Shown one piece after another: positions 24,401 to 31,926 of a stretch of 64,000 nucleotides of DNA. The DNA comes from a virus. The DNA is taken from the IMG/VR virus record IMGVR_UViG_3300034092_002634, positions 1-64,000 of that record; one strand, given 5' to 3'. The position numbers and the translations under genes are program-made. The notes under the pieces were generated by a model. It was not told where the DNA came from. It did not search any database and saw nothing but the letters and a program-made list of their open reading frames with translations. The first letter of the stretch is position 1. Each line of letters starts with the position of its first letter.

Positions 24401-27400
24401 CAACAGACAGTACAGGTCGATCCGCAGAAGGTGCTCGATCTTCCAGAATCATACGAGCGATCTCGGTTGAAGCAGCATTTAGCACACTGGTAGTTACAGA
24501 TTCAGATGAATCTGTAGGAGACACGGTTACTCCTAAATCTTGAAGAATTGCCTTATCTTCTTCAGCTAGCTTGTCTATTTCCTCGATTTTTTGAAGTCTT
24601 GCAGCAACATCTTCATTTTTTGCACGTATTCCTTGGTTAACTCTTCGCGCACGCTGTATATCCCACGATGGCTGGTGCATTTCGGGAGGATTGGACTCAT
24701 CCTCAATTGCAAAATCCTCAAGCATCGCCCGCTTAAGTTTTAAACGATCTCTTTTTTTACTTTCTTCTGATTTTTCCTTAGAAGCTGGATCAGACGCAAG
24801 TAAATTGGCGCGCTCTATCAGCGCTTGAGCTGCTTCAGGGTTTTCGGCTGCGTTGTTGAGTATAGCCGTAAGATCTTCCGGATTCCAAGAATCTCTATCT
24901 TTTTCGTCTTCCGGTGCCATAGATATGGCAGCACCTATAATATTTCCAAAGTCTAACCCAACGAATGGTGAATCTGTTGAAATTTCGCCATTTTCCATGT
25001 CCAGACCAAGTCTAGCAAACGCATCTAGAAGCGGCGGCATTCCGCTTTCTTGAGTGCCTTCTTTAATACCGCGATTTGCTCTTTTTTTGAGCGGTTCAAA
25101 ACTCTCTATTTCTGCTTGTCTTTTTTCTTCTTCGGGTTTTAGTAAACTATCTAATTTTTCTATTTCAGAGTCTAATTGTGCTATGTATTCTTCTGAGGGC
25201 ACGCTATCAAAAAGTTCTTCTACAAGTTCGTCAAAAACAGATTCTTGTTCTGCTCGGGACCCAGGTGCCTCATATGAGTATGCAAAGTTTGGCCGCTGGT
25301 ATTCTTGTATAGTTACAGGGCCGGTAACAGATTGCTTCTCAATTTGTCTTTTTTTAGATCTTATTGTAACTTCTTGAAGTGTTTTTAGTTTTTCAGTACG
25401 TTGTATTTCCTGCTCAAGCGCTGCTACTTTTTCCTCCCCTGCAGCTATTTCCTGATCTACTATTGTTTGTGCATCTTCTCCGGTTATTGCTGCTTTTTTC
25501 TTTGCTTCTAGCTCAGTCAACTCAGCAGTCAATTCGATCATTTTTTGCGTTTGTTCGTTGCTAATTGGAGTTTCTTCTTGATCGTTTGTAATTTCCCCTG
25601 ACGCTACCATTGCCTGCAGTGCTACTAAAGCTTCTCGACCAGCAGCCACGTCTCTTTGAGTACTCATTCTACTAGCGTCTATCTGACCAATTGCAGCGGA
25701 AAGCGGCAGTATTTGAACTCCTTGAGTTTCAAAATGAGTTGCCGCAGGTGATACGCTTTGAACTCTACGCATGTAAAACGCATCAGTTGTTGTTGGAGAA
25801 ATTGCAACAGGCACGTCAGCTTTAGGGTCGAACACCACTCCGAGTTCTTCTTGCGCCTCTCTTTCAGCGGCTTGCCATTGTGTTTGACCAGGATCAACAG
25901 TACCCATTACCGGAATGGCTACTCCTCTCCCTTTGTACGATTTTGTAGACTGCCCGACAACAACCATTGGCTCGGATTGACCTGGTACAAAGAAATAAGG
26001 TACTGCTCCTGCAGAAGCTCGATTACTTGCAGAAGTATCGGGTACATTATCTGGTGTAATTGCCGAAACCTCCGGCATTACCTCAGGACCGACAGAAAGA
26101 CCTAAAGTTTCGGCTACTGCAGCGTTTACAACTCTTGATGCATCACTGCCAGGAACTTCTGGAGAAATATCAATTCTACCCGTTTTTGCAAATCTTTCAC
26201 TTATCTGCTCTGGATAATCTGCGGTCAGCGGTAAAGTGCTGCGTCTTGACATGTACGTAAGCTCACCGTGTGATACATCTGGGTGAACATACGTTCGTCC
26301 TGCTACTTGACCTTGGCCCGTTACTCCTCTTTCTGCTGCTTCTCTTGCAAGTTTAGTTGCGGGAGATTCTAATGCTGCTATCTCTCCTTGTACTCTTGCT
26401 ATTTCTTCGTCTATTGTTTCTGGTGTTGAAATTACTGATACTGGAGTTTCTGGTGTTGCAGTTTCCGATGCGGTAGTCAATATTCCCCGTTTTACAAGTT
26501 CTCCCTCAATTGCCTGAATATTAGCTTCTGTAACTACTTTAGCTTTTCTTGCACTTATTGGCCGAGTTTGCTCAGCTGCTTCATACTCTTTTTGAGCTCG
26601 ATGCGCCTCGTCTCTTGCTTTGAAAACTTTTTGCATTTCCGGTGTTTGTTGCAATCTTTGTAACGTGGCTTTATTTTCTTCAGCTTCCTCGTAACTTAGG
26701 GAATTTCTTTTTAAGCGTGCCTGTAATGCTGCATCGTATTCATCGACAATATCTTTATGTGTTAGTTCAATCAGATTTAAAAGCGATTTTTTTCGCTCAA
26801 ATTTATCTTTAGCTCTTTCTATATCTTCTTGACGTTCTTTTTCTAATCTTTCATCTATGTCTGGCTCGTCAGTCATCGCTTGCTTTATCTGACTTAGTTT
26901 ACGTTTTTCTTGTGCTAAAGACGCCTCTAAATGCTCGGTAGATTGAGTTTCGCTAAATGATTCTTTAACAAGTCCGCCAGTCTTTACTACAGGACCTATT
27001 TGCTCGCTTCCCGTAATACCTATAAAACTTCGGTCGTCTTGCAAAGTACCCAACTCCCCCTCGTCAAGAAGCAGTCTTTCACCTAAGCCAACAAAACCTT
27101 CGGTATCGACCTCTGGATCTAGTTTACTAAATTGTCCGCTATGACTGTATGCATCGGACGCTAAGAAAACACGTGCCGGAGTTTTTGATTCAACTGCCAA
27201 AACCCTGCCTTCATGCATAATTCCGCTTTCAGTAGCCCCAATTGCCGCAGTCGAAGGTCCTGTATATCCACCTTTATCTTCGCCCAGCGTTTCTTTAGAA
27301 ATACCTAGGTCAGCTGATTCTATTAAAGCGTCTCCGGCAGTAACAAATTCATGCTTGTAGCCTTCTGAACTTCTTGTTCTGCGGTAAGCCGCGAACGTAG

Positions 27401-30400
27401 CACCAGCAATTTGTCCGGAATCTTTTTTATCTTGCCTACTATGTAAATATTTTATAAGTTCGCCAACAGTTGGGCTTGTTCCGGCTTCTTCAAATGGTTT
27501 TAAAAATTCTATAAATTGGTTTCTTGATTCATCCGTTTTCTGCAAACCTGCGCGGTTTAACATAAGTCTAGCAGTCGAATCTTTGTCATCTGCTGCAAAA
27601 AGTTGTAAAAGGTCGTTTACTTCGGTTTGTGCTGATCTATTATTGACTCTTGCTAGAATTGATTCGGTTGTAAACGGCTCGTCTGCGGGTAAATTAGCAG
27701 CTTCCTGTACCAGCATTTCTGCTAAATGTGTAGAAAACCAAGCTTTACTGACTCCATCAGCCACTGCTGCAGTAAGTGTACCTGTTTCCGCATTTTGACG
27801 GATGGCTAGTCTATCTTGATTTCCTTTTGCTTCTTGTTCTTCCTTAGAAGCTAAAAACGCGACAAAGGCCGGAGATTCTATAAGTTGATCTTCTCCAGTA
27901 GTCGAGTGTACAAAAACTGACTCATCCTCGGCTGTAACATCTTCGGTAATATTTTTTCTTTCTGTAAGATTTATTCTAGGGATTTTTAAAGGTACGGCGT
28001 TTTCGTCTATTGCTATTTCTTCATCTATTGTATCAGCATAAGATAAAACATCAATCGCTTTTTCTGAACCCGCACCTTCTGACCTCATGTCACTAATGTC
28101 TTTTTTAACTGCTGCAATTTCCCCGTCAACGTCTGATTCTTTAATTACAGCTTCAACTGCCTTAGCGGGACCATCTCCAGGTAATTCTGCTTCTAACGCT
28201 GCTCGTTCTTCTCTTAGTTTTTGCAGATTATCTAGCTTAGCTTTATGAGCCATCAAGTTAGTAAGGCGTTGCTCTTGAGTACCAGTTCCGTATCCTTGAG
28301 ATTCGTCAATCTGGTATCGGCCAGTTTGATTAAAAATTTCCTGCATGATGCCTAAATCGTAAATTGCACCACTTCTCGTCGCGGGGTCAATATTGTCCAT
28401 TTGGGCAATTGTGGAAAGATATTCAAATTTTTGAGAAATAGGATCTGGTTCCGATGCTTTGTAAGTAGCAAGTTTTTGCTTAAGGATCTTTAGTTGATTG
28501 TTTTTTTGATCTATAACCGGAAGTATTTTATCTGCTTCGTGAGGTGCTAAAGCTATTCTGCTTCGCATTTCTTCTATTTCTGCAGTTAATTGCTCAAACT
28601 CACGCATTGCTTCTTGAATTTTTATTTCATTTTCTACGTTGCGGCCATACGCACCACCGACAACTTGACCAGACTCTTGGTTTGCAACTTCTGCACCCTT
28701 GCCCAACAAGCTGTAAGACGCTCCTTGATCAGGAACGGCTGCAGCTACATCCGGACCCGTACCAACTAGTCGGTCCTGTCTTCCTAAAACTCGGGCTGCA
28801 AACTGAGGCATACCTTCGCCTGACTGCACGTTGTCAGTTAATAAATTGCTGAACAACGAAAGCGATCGGTTAACCGCTGCAGATACATCGGTTGTGTTTA
28901 TGTTAGCAGGATCAAACATCGCTAAAGCGCGAAATTCATCTTGAAACCCTGCTGGAGCAACCCCGGCTGTTTCGTAATCCGAAATCATTTGAGTGACTTC
29001 ATCAACTCCCATGCCGGCAGCGCCACCTCGTCGCCTAATTGAAGCAACTATTTGATTTTTTATTGCTGGGGCTGCCAAAGTCAACACGCGTTTAATTAAT
29101 TCTTTGGGATCCATCGACGTGTCTAACTCAGCAAGTTGCTTAAGTGATTCAGAATCTATCGCTTGCAGATGCGGAAGTTTAGCTTGCACCTCTTGAAATA
29201 GACTCTGCTCTTCTGCGTCAAGGTCGGTTGAAGTTGCTAACTTAGCATACTCAATTAAGGGAATACCGCCAGAGCCGTAACTACCCATTTCTGCGGATGC
29301 TTGAACAATTGATTGCAAACCTTTCTTTGTTCTGTAGCCACCACCAAGCGATTGATCAAGCTCTTCTCCCTCAAGCATTTTACCGCTGGCGTCTGTCGCA
29401 CGTGCTGCATGATACATACCAGTAATGACATTACCCGCAGAAGCAGACTGTCGAGATAAACCAAAAGCATCACTTATAATTTCGATAAACTCTCGATTTT
29501 GCTGACCTGACGATACTGTGCCGGCTGAGTCTAACTGCTGCGTAATTGGCGTAGTTTGATAGCGGTCTAGTGCCATAGACTGACCGGACGTCATATACTC
29601 TACTAACGACTGTACGGGACTAGTTCCATAAGAGGGCCTTGCTGGAATTGTGAGTCCCGATTGTGCAAGTCCCGCAGAAACTTCCTGAGCCTTGCTCATA
29701 ATCGGCGCTACCGCATCAGGTGTTGCAGGAATGGATCCAATAGACTGTTTAAATAAAACAGTTAGTGCTTGATCTCGCGTTAACGCCGGAGCTGTGTTAC
29801 TGCCCGGAAGTGCTATCTGTCCACGTCTTTGCGCTAACTTTTTTTCCTCTTCTGGATTTTCAGATTCAGCCAGAATCTCATCCAGTAACTGTATCTCTTT
29901 GCCAAGCTTTGCCGACTCAGTTCTGTAGCGATTAGCCATTGCTGGAGCCGCAGTTACCATACTGAGATCCGCCTGATCTCTCTGATAAACAAGTCTTTCG
30001 CGCAAACGTTTTGCGTGAGTTACTGCCAACGTAACTTCCTGTTCTTGTTCCGGAGCAACTGTCTGCTCTACAAAACGACTAGCGGACTGATCTGAAACAG
30101 CCCCTGTCGAAGTATATTGATTTATTAAATCGCCCGCAAACAAAGCAACAAACTTTCGTACTGGATCTCCAGTAACTATCGCCCCTCTAGGTCCCCGAGT
30201 TCCAGCCATTCTACCAAAAGCTGTTGTGTGTTCTGACAAAATTGAACTAGATTGAATCGCCTCCACAACCATTTTTGCAAGAGATTCAGGCAAGTCTACA
30301 GTCTGCCCTGCGATCGAAGCGGGCCTTATGTTTCCTTCTTCTATGTCCTGCATAACGGTTGAAAAGAGCGCGTCAACCGCCTTTTGTACTTCGGCGTCCA

Positions 30401-31916
30401 TGCCCCCACCGAAAACGGCGCTTGAGCTTCCGGCTACTACTTGGGAACCGGCACGAACGTCTACGCCTTGCGCTTCCGAACTGTAACGACGCGTAGGATT
30501 TAGTGAAGCTTTAAGTGATTGAATATACTTTGAAATGTTAGCACCAATTCTGGTTACCTGTCCCGGAAATACTCGGCTACTCCGTAAAGCGTCTACTACT
30601 TGAGGACTACCGTCTTCTCCGGCATTTTGTATGCTAAAGTCAGTTCCCAAAAATAACGCAGAAGAATCTACTTCTTCTGCAGTACCTGGATCGACTGTTC
30701 GGCTTCTTGGTATTACCGGTCGAGTCGTTGCTTCTGCAACTACCGTTTTCAATCTTTTCAGCAACTGATCAAAAGCCGCCGGACGTAAAAACTCAAAACC
30801 TTCAGTACTTAAAGCTGTTTCTCCTACTCTTCCTGCTGCACCATTCTCAAGTCTAGTTACCAACATTTCAACGGCTCTGGTTAGAGCGGACTCAATTTCA
30901 GAACTGCTAGCTACTGGAGACATTGCCGCATTAAGTATAGGGTCGTCTAATTTTACTGCCCGCAATGCTTCAATAATTGGGGCAATAATTGATTCTTGTG
31001 CCGTTTGTCGCTGTGTGTTGCTTACTGTGCCAGAAGATTGATTTATCTTTTTGAATGCTTGCTTAATTTGCTGATTTATTCTATTTTTGTCCGCAGGAAC
31101 AGTTGCCTCTTCTCGGTCTTTTACAAGTTTTTGAAGTTCGGCGACAATCGGGGCAATTTCCGGACGAGTTTCGGCTGGATTTTCGTGACGCAGTTGAGTA
31201 TTCACATATTTAACAATTGCCGAAACGGAGGCGTTTTCGGGAGGCCTTGCTCCGCCCGATTGAGCTACGCTGACTCGTCCTCCTCGATTCGGTGTAACAG
31301 CATAACTTGTAGCGGAACGAGTATCCGGTGTAGTAAGTGCCCATTTCATGTCTGCGTACTCAGGATCCGCAACTGGTGAACTTGATTGAGAGCTTCTTAC
31401 CGAAGTTCTCATCTTAGCTTGTGTTCTTCTAACCATATCCCTAAGAGTATCTTCTCGTTCATCTATTTGCTGATCTAGTTGTGCGAGCAAAAGTTCAAAG
31501 TTAATGCTTCTGTCTGTATGTCTTTTTACAACCGCTGGCCTGTTCTCACCACGAATCTCCTGTACTCTTGCTCTTCTCTCTTCGTCTAGTTTGTCTTGTA
31601 CTTCCTTACGCCTACGTGCTGCATCCGAAACTACAGGTGTTGAACGAACACCGCCCGAGACAGGACTTTCGTCAGCTGATGATTTTACTGAAAGTGAGCT
31701 TACAACTTTAATCTCATTTTCTAACTCGTTGATAACTTTGCTAGCTATTTTAGCATCTGCTGTAATTTCTTTTAAATATCCGGCTAAACCACCTTCGTGT
31801 GCGTTTGCTTTGCTTTGTATAACCTTCTCAAAAACAATAGCGGCTTCCTCACTAGTACTTTTTAAAAGCGTTAGTGTTTCAATTAACTCTACTAATTGTT
31901 GTATTTTAACTGACAT
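12483..31916 (-). CDS. Giant tape-measure protein fused to multiple enzymatic domains (polyvalent protein)
   Basis: 6477 aa, positioned between the tail chaperones and Dit; tape-measure-like segment (VARKLAAFDPAQGMEGAGIAIKEFLSG); hydrophobic Gly/Ala segment near 15650-15840; coiled coils; embedded enzyme motifs listed separately. Confidence 0.85.
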   Translation of the reverse strand: MSVKIQQLVELIETLTLLKSTSEEAAIVFEKVIQSKANAHEGGLAGYLKEITADAKIASKVINELENEIKVVSSLSVKSSADESPVSGGVRSTPVVSDAARRRKEVQDKLDEERRARVQEIRGENRPAVVKRHTDRSINFELLLAQLDQQIDEREDTLRDMVRRTQAKMRTSVRSSQSSSPVADPEYADMKWALTTPDTRSATSYAVTPNRGGRVSVAQSGGARPPENASVSAIVKYVNTQLRHENPAETRPEIAPIVAELQKLVKDREEATVPADKNRINQQIKQAFKKINQSSGTVSNTQRQTAQESIIAPIIEALRAVKLDDPILNAAMSPVASSSEIESALTRAVEMLVTRLENGAAGRVGETALSTEGFEFLRPAAFDQLLKRLKTVVAEATTRPVIPRSRTVDPGTAEEVDSSALFLGTDFSIQNAGEDGSPQVVDALRSSRVFPGQVTRIGANISKYIQSLKASLNPTRRYSSEAQGVDVRAGSQVVAGSSSAVFGGGMDAEVQKAVDALFSTVMQDIEEGNIRPASIAGQTVDLPESLAKMVVEAIQSSSILSEHTTAFGRMAGTRGPRGAIVTGDPVRKFVALFAGDLINQYTSTGAVSDQSASRFVEQTVAPEQEQEVTLAVTHAKRLRERLVYQRDQADLSMVTAAPAMANRYRTESAKLGKEIQLLDEILAESENPEEEKKLAQRRGQIALPGSNTAPALTRDQALTVLFKQSIGSIPATPDAVAPIMSKAQEVSAGLAQSGLTIPARPSYGTSPVQSLVEYMTSGQSMALDRYQTTPITQQLDSAGTVSSGQQNREFIEIISDAFGLSRQSASAGNVITGMYHAARATDASGKMLEGEELDQSLGGGYRTKKGLQSIVQASAEMGSYGSGGIPLIEYAKLATSTDLDAEEQSLFQEVQAKLPHLQAIDSESLKQLAELDTSMDPKELIKRVLTLAAPAIKNQIVASIRRRGGAAGMGVDEVTQMISDYETAGVAPAGFQDEFRALAMFDPANINTTDVSAAVNRSLSLFSNLLTDNVQSGEGMPQFAARVLGRQDRLVGTGPDVAAAVPDQGASYSLLGKGAEVANQESGQVVGGAYGRNVENEIKIQEAMREFEQLTAEIEEMRSRIALAPHEADKILPVIDQKNNQLKILKQKLATYKASEPDPISQKFEYLSTIAQMDNIDPATRSGAIYDLGIMQEIFNQTGRYQIDESQGYGTGTQEQRLTNLMAHKAKLDNLQKLREERAALEAELPGDGPAKAVEAVIKESDVDGEIAAVKKDISDMRSEGAGSEKAIDVLSYADTIDEEIAIDENAVPLKIPRINLTERKNITEDVTAEDESVFVHSTTGEDQLIESPAFVAFLASKEEQEAKGNQDRLAIRQNAETGTLTAAVADGVSKAWFSTHLAEMLVQEAANLPADEPFTTESILARVNNRSAQTEVNDLLQLFAADDKDSTARLMLNRAGLQKTDESRNQFIEFLKPFEEAGTSPTVGELIKYLHSRQDKKDSGQIAGATFAAYRRTRSSEGYKHEFVTAGDALIESADLGISKETLGEDKGGYTGPSTAAIGATESGIMHEGRVLAVESKTPARVFLASDAYSHSGQFSKLDPEVDTEGFVGLGERLLLDEGELGTLQDDRSFIGITGSEQIGPVVKTGGLVKESFSETQSTEHLEASLAQEKRKLSQIKQAMTDEPDIDERLEKERQEDIERAKDKFERKKSLLNLIELTHKDIVDEYDAALQARLKRNSLSYEEAEENKATLQRLQQTPEMQKVFKARDEAHRAQKEYEAAEQTRPISARKAKVVTEANIQAIEGELVKRGILTTASETATPETPVSVISTPETIDEEIARVQGEIAALESPATKLAREAAERGVTGQGQVAGRTYVHPDVSHGELTYMSRRSTLPLTADYPEQISERFAKTGRIDISPEVPGSDASRVVNAAVAETLGLSVGPEVMPEVSAITPDNVPDTSASNRASAGAVPYFFVPGQSEPMVVVGQSTKSYKGRGVAIPVMGTVDPGQTQWQAAEREAQEELGVVFDPKADVPVAISPTTTDAFYMRRVQSVSPAATHFETQGVQILPLSAAIGQIDASRMSTQRDVAAGREALVALQAMVASGEITNDQEETPISNEQTQKMIELTAELTELEAKKKAAITGEDAQTIVDQEIAAGEEKVAALEQEIQRTEKLKTLQEVTIRSKKRQIEKQSVTGPVTIQEYQRPNFAYSYEAPGSRAEQESVFDELVEELFDSVPSEEYIAQLDSEIEKLDSLLKPEEEKRQAEIESFEPLKKRANRGIKEGTQESGMPPLLDAFARLGLDMENGEISTDSPFVGLDFGNIIGAAISMAPEDEKDRDSWNPEDLTAILNNAAENPEAAQALIERANLLASDPASKEKSEESKKRDRLKLKRAMLEDFAIEDESNPPEMHQPSWDIQRARRVNQGIRAKNEDVAARLQKIEEIDKLAEEDKAILQDLGVTVSPTDSSESVTTSVLNAASTEIARMILEDRAPSADRPVLSVDELRVGRNEELHKLPEEILDVGLAGNKNTLRETIGFESARRTQGMTGPAITVPTLAGLLANKDQLLLDKDGQPILIYRGEDEDQVAAKQGETPLAYEAVEREGDPLAVFPSEFPMAMGGGSRYGEGLYHTSTRTGSETDEEQSPDTSREVAHGYRSKSVEGEIRSSVNVSALLSTASLLDADSEMIQKAQQRVDERRIALGLTPLPKDTASAMRGGVEDVMEELYREKVDPTARLQSDILNEADMLMLPYGGGSSNINLGVKSYPVSRRTDVPEEVQTRLQALHEEFVAAPKPDELAVAMGYDAIRYRAEHNPNTPVHLNLFNAAATALVLDPVIPNTAKHLGSESLSLQVEPTLREEAKYSETERRAQELQSQLEQQKQQLEALKARSEALKQEAAAASTPSVDVTAVTEESKRVADETVKVSADIKVPTEEIQKRKADVDAKIAEAEQAVAQSQQVIELMQRQAQGLDTEDSDIRFVVDNTGIPVSYEDKQVIDRTSLRPLVRTKMTVDDTGESGFVSNLNVRDIVDQAEAVKPTAELMDEISKMSDADLAAVKMPRATLSPEDQAIDDELKRKSREAQNYASRLYNTEGPISAAIKEYYRTPSGDRKDELLKTHPELKTIVDEIQKQENLVIQHDASRAALTAPAVAAAESSASPLQLAARLFRSSRAAVRAYETEFGVEPAFSAREVMDELLASSARAEVDSAPAGSAETAVALDKTISSFEGGIPEIKGSTDRAPRRPRRAPADVVADVEQPYTENQLKYARAQVRALAGRTDLTAEQKRQLSEARKKLHNYAMKRLTTNFGDNKGVMQIANVVAGLTPPDWAKDDVQSARVSAISQAMASLKPIQLAKLKDADLTNPVQMDILSRDPALQPIMAMLADQDIESVLKFRSGTTEYDEAKGLLGAIKGARERIVVPEPDEPTTSTAAEAKRLFFDLETNIAKKPEDRLIFQAATGVNDGAVTDMYAVPLDSSAEEINRIAADPTIPDDEKRKLIRALALKREGKLPLVEGRASGNDVSSGVIDKLVDTAMSGRQIMSQGQIRKNLQLQIEGATTVAGHNIQKFDLPTVYGGTMAVPDAVKAKTEDTLLMSRDMYPGSHTLGATYEAVTGDPLVDAHDAAVDTRAVQRIFPQVSDPEERAKVTEAYLAKHGIAVDSTVGQLVATPKLEDIADAEERKKATSRVAAAHSFYRPLADMQEFTRRIARRGDKTILRDADRTVAAEQDWYDMSASEKSSLFDRMNSMFAGDLKGKKIEELNPEELGEFVKKINTEYLEPNADAAVGGDFGGMKRLLEEKVGGGMSFRDFRAKDARVADIKGKTIEDVVATADLSPVTVGPAISKETVGDAIEDISLATERPTKVKTPGSAPSVTASTSDGGSKEPPREPPVTFSDDADSGERGGPGGGITTIASATIDTLHAGAVEINIHGGNVTIDANFSAGAAEKMQKSLVYISNKDGMNVNGDVTSVGTGGGGGGYRRVSVADRSILNQLDAAKNQIAGQLQTETDPATRERLRGNLNEVSRQAIRAIIEPKVKAIDSEGMEPYVNERFYYGDETTDSKESLTYYNDAVAQAHQDLTTQLEAQQAIPEGTDGRDEEIQRIQKQISLVEELINALTELNQAEQRVGSATSTRAIVDPTEVKKPAYPTNNSGYRKLSPEDRASLAVLDATKNSISEQLRTEQDPEARARLKETLTGASKKAIADIIKPKATKLLGYGFVNTVDALSTSPEDSLVNYSQAAQSKLSELNGRLFMIESEREDAPGREEAIERTKREIQQVHELIDALTELNQAEQRVGAAGATRNAESPYGPKPTADPRAGANKYRKVSFADQASFNVLESTKNEVSARLRDETDSAARDALRQSLVNASERAINEVIKPKAAKVLNPTQLAALSALPMGPEEALVSYNEMAQYNLNNLSTELATQEALPEGTSGRDTEIERLKAEIAAVEELINALTELNAIEQRVGSASGTRNVNSPYGTTSGTGTGTSASKYYSRKAKEDEQVFLQLARNSFDQSAGSMGIAGGTTADSRKFLTDLTRSTATTMINSSGIQAPGMAADIAAIAATSPEVQSAYDDAAKSLTDFSGKVGGTITDVADDLFTVVSGLEKLKAALTPIAATSPQAAAALAVVQTAIDETSAAGKEQRGTAGVIETDNRKKVSLVEEQMQAAASRPGFFAGGRREREMRQIQEGYIRDTFGKEGLDALMHRGRIRAYTATGKRVDMAQATVQEQRDTVERLQKQGINITAEDMTGIARMSGRVEQTKRSAPMGDKLFYAASKIRDTQSVVQAAVDTVTSLANIPQMAGGMIQQFASSATGSNRVMTTARGLALDPENYTAALNAADMQRKQFGGSLTSNLGQVTSFIPLSNAYGVDIGKSVKVARKLAAFDPAQGMEGAGIAIKEFLSGNVSSLSRRFEINRSALSKINTGDATQMLDSLDQLLSSMGVTDRLIDEQANSMATKYDKMIGNLESVQISSTTAIVDFITPALESLIGEQSYFGKNVKERSLNTVLKETITSYGDDVLSDPETGLDSVNIGGSLSTFTSQMDTILATANGRMAGQAGRYNSATGASVSVPGYRLLGNMKPQERANIQFEALLGQAQGMNATQAIMRAMRNNPGDYNSSPEFLNQRESLKTRQVNADPAAYAEAYKKAEAGLLVADQGATDLSVLGLGYINFNDEPVKDKPLMTKGRIRKQVDADTYDIEIPGREDLVRVRTGVIDAQEKGTQDEFAARVGGADIVGMDRAMIGGEYKSGEGPEITLVGTLKNIDENNRVVAQLLNSEGKNYSLEMIATGNASSAFMQGLDKQTIDSLGYIEKVVADNGVGPQNRVARDLNLGGTPEISEEVRSSYFWNKYGLGLGGSAVAGSAAGLGGAALATNATLGTAGLAGLGGLMAAEIAAAVALPAVAAVGLYAGGAYVSDRLDSSPEKMRELYRMQSELNQQNAKMNVFTSFAAEANLEAEQIGQYVGGSKYRSDKPSKEIVLAPGFGAGATVLPGTGTPKKSTALIMEESIASLGPVYLANYEEAAKSGQERFATAGDATKRILERQVYDPISKSMMSYVDYEAQTIAFKKTADVDPTTYRKFDSMREEILKPIGQTGALIENEKLVERGIKYGTRLDKRALAEAKASPLRADIVDLTKKRDDAFEAGALAEGQKYQTQINKAAAKIEEITYTDVEWNKVPEAMRYLIMSAEEVNNMTAEEIRLAADQTYQQGLNPTDYKQEAKNFFDGTMDRNFQRRQQRVDTTLTAFARQSIMGLGEQTTANLTGVNANGSSGSAGLVMDNTPEARAVRMAQRSGLMPRNRAGAEDTVQMVTEAQRAAVREQQDIGRTNRAIALANAPEAQLLKSGFTNFAMYMNLAGSTAQDLGRSFMDTMNIMSEGNPRYGLDLAQQMTGFSYDSMIGMQLRPRGNDENGNPISSLNGLNGQPYSGSGPMVMPYTSGPRGTIAYSRDMMAVNAQGVRENALGIAPSQWQQFVSNATNANAELQRRGMSNAIQERDLNKNHQRNLEDIARNGMRQLESIHLNYTRTMQQMTMQADLVKGVTRANATRSIAMAAIDPADKAAVESQYWAQDMYSQHLGQGDSKNFLAKDTATMDALVAIDPSLSANFDALRTADAAYEASSITDPNRQALQDAKRSEIEPILEKLRNMRSTVTDPTQLAAIDSAIVRLSPDASKTIAGQNANQTWLQQTLGDKITAKQLGQQISDQQFQNQFRPLDIANDAASLADAAKSKDPLAFLNASRSSQTMSRGFAQSDIGLAETMNSLSGLLGTGSLFEANTTESFKQIADVAGSATQGVLYSLDDFETSFQQQMEDALRNFNNQRLDMIQAFADAAVEIASIVPEEMVPIMAATSAFMNTQRQADLLWLSGRTDEANALAYQGMLKLGEVVYGEGQGKEYADKYSANYQDMADVAARDVPQGDLGKFGVNTEDGWALRVKPTYALEKKPPVVPTPPPPGGWTQPGPPTTSS
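15960..16345 (-). other. SNase (thermonuclease)-like domain in the giant protein
   Basis: KQVDADT...VRVRTGVIDAQE...IDENNRVVAQL...EMIATGNA follows the SNase pattern DGDT / RLxGIDAPE / DxYGRxLA / LVxxGxA; boundaries approximate. Confidence 0.7.
18498..19971 (-). repeat. Three tandem ~172-aa helical repeats in the giant protein
   Basis: Units begin YRRVSVADRSIL / YRKLSPEDRASL / YRKVSFADQASF and end ELI[ND]ALTELNxxEQRVG[SA]A. Confidence 0.9.
21005..21600 (-). other. DEDDh (DnaQ-like) 3'-5' exonuclease domain in the giant protein
   Basis: ExoI FFDLET, ExoII GHNIQKFD, EDTL and ExoIII AHDAAVDT; all catalytic residues present. Confidence 0.9.
23430..24190 (-). other. ADP-ribosyltransferase-like (ART-PolyVal-type) domain in the giant protein
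   Basis: IYRG...YGEGLYHTS...VAHGY...MGYDAI...LNLFN motif order; boundaries approximate. Confidence 0.6.
25620..26025 (-). other. Nudix hydrolase domain in the giant protein
   Basis: ASAGAVP followed by Nudix box G-TVDPG-Q-TQWQAAE-REAQEELGV (Gx5Ex7REUxEExGU with the first E replaced by Q). Confidence 0.85.
27015..27850 (-). other. PP2C/PPM-family protein phosphatase domain in the giant protein
   Basis: NQD...AVADGVS...GATF...AGDA...FLASDA...QDDRSFI; the PPM metal-binding motifs appear in order. Confidence 0.8.
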
Positions 31917-31926
31917 TTAGCACCAC

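Noticed and set aside
13301-31920. Many plus-strand ORFs opposite the giant gene (e.g. 20119-20826)
   Set aside because: They are antisense shadows of a long coding frame, with Ser-rich composition and no evident RBS
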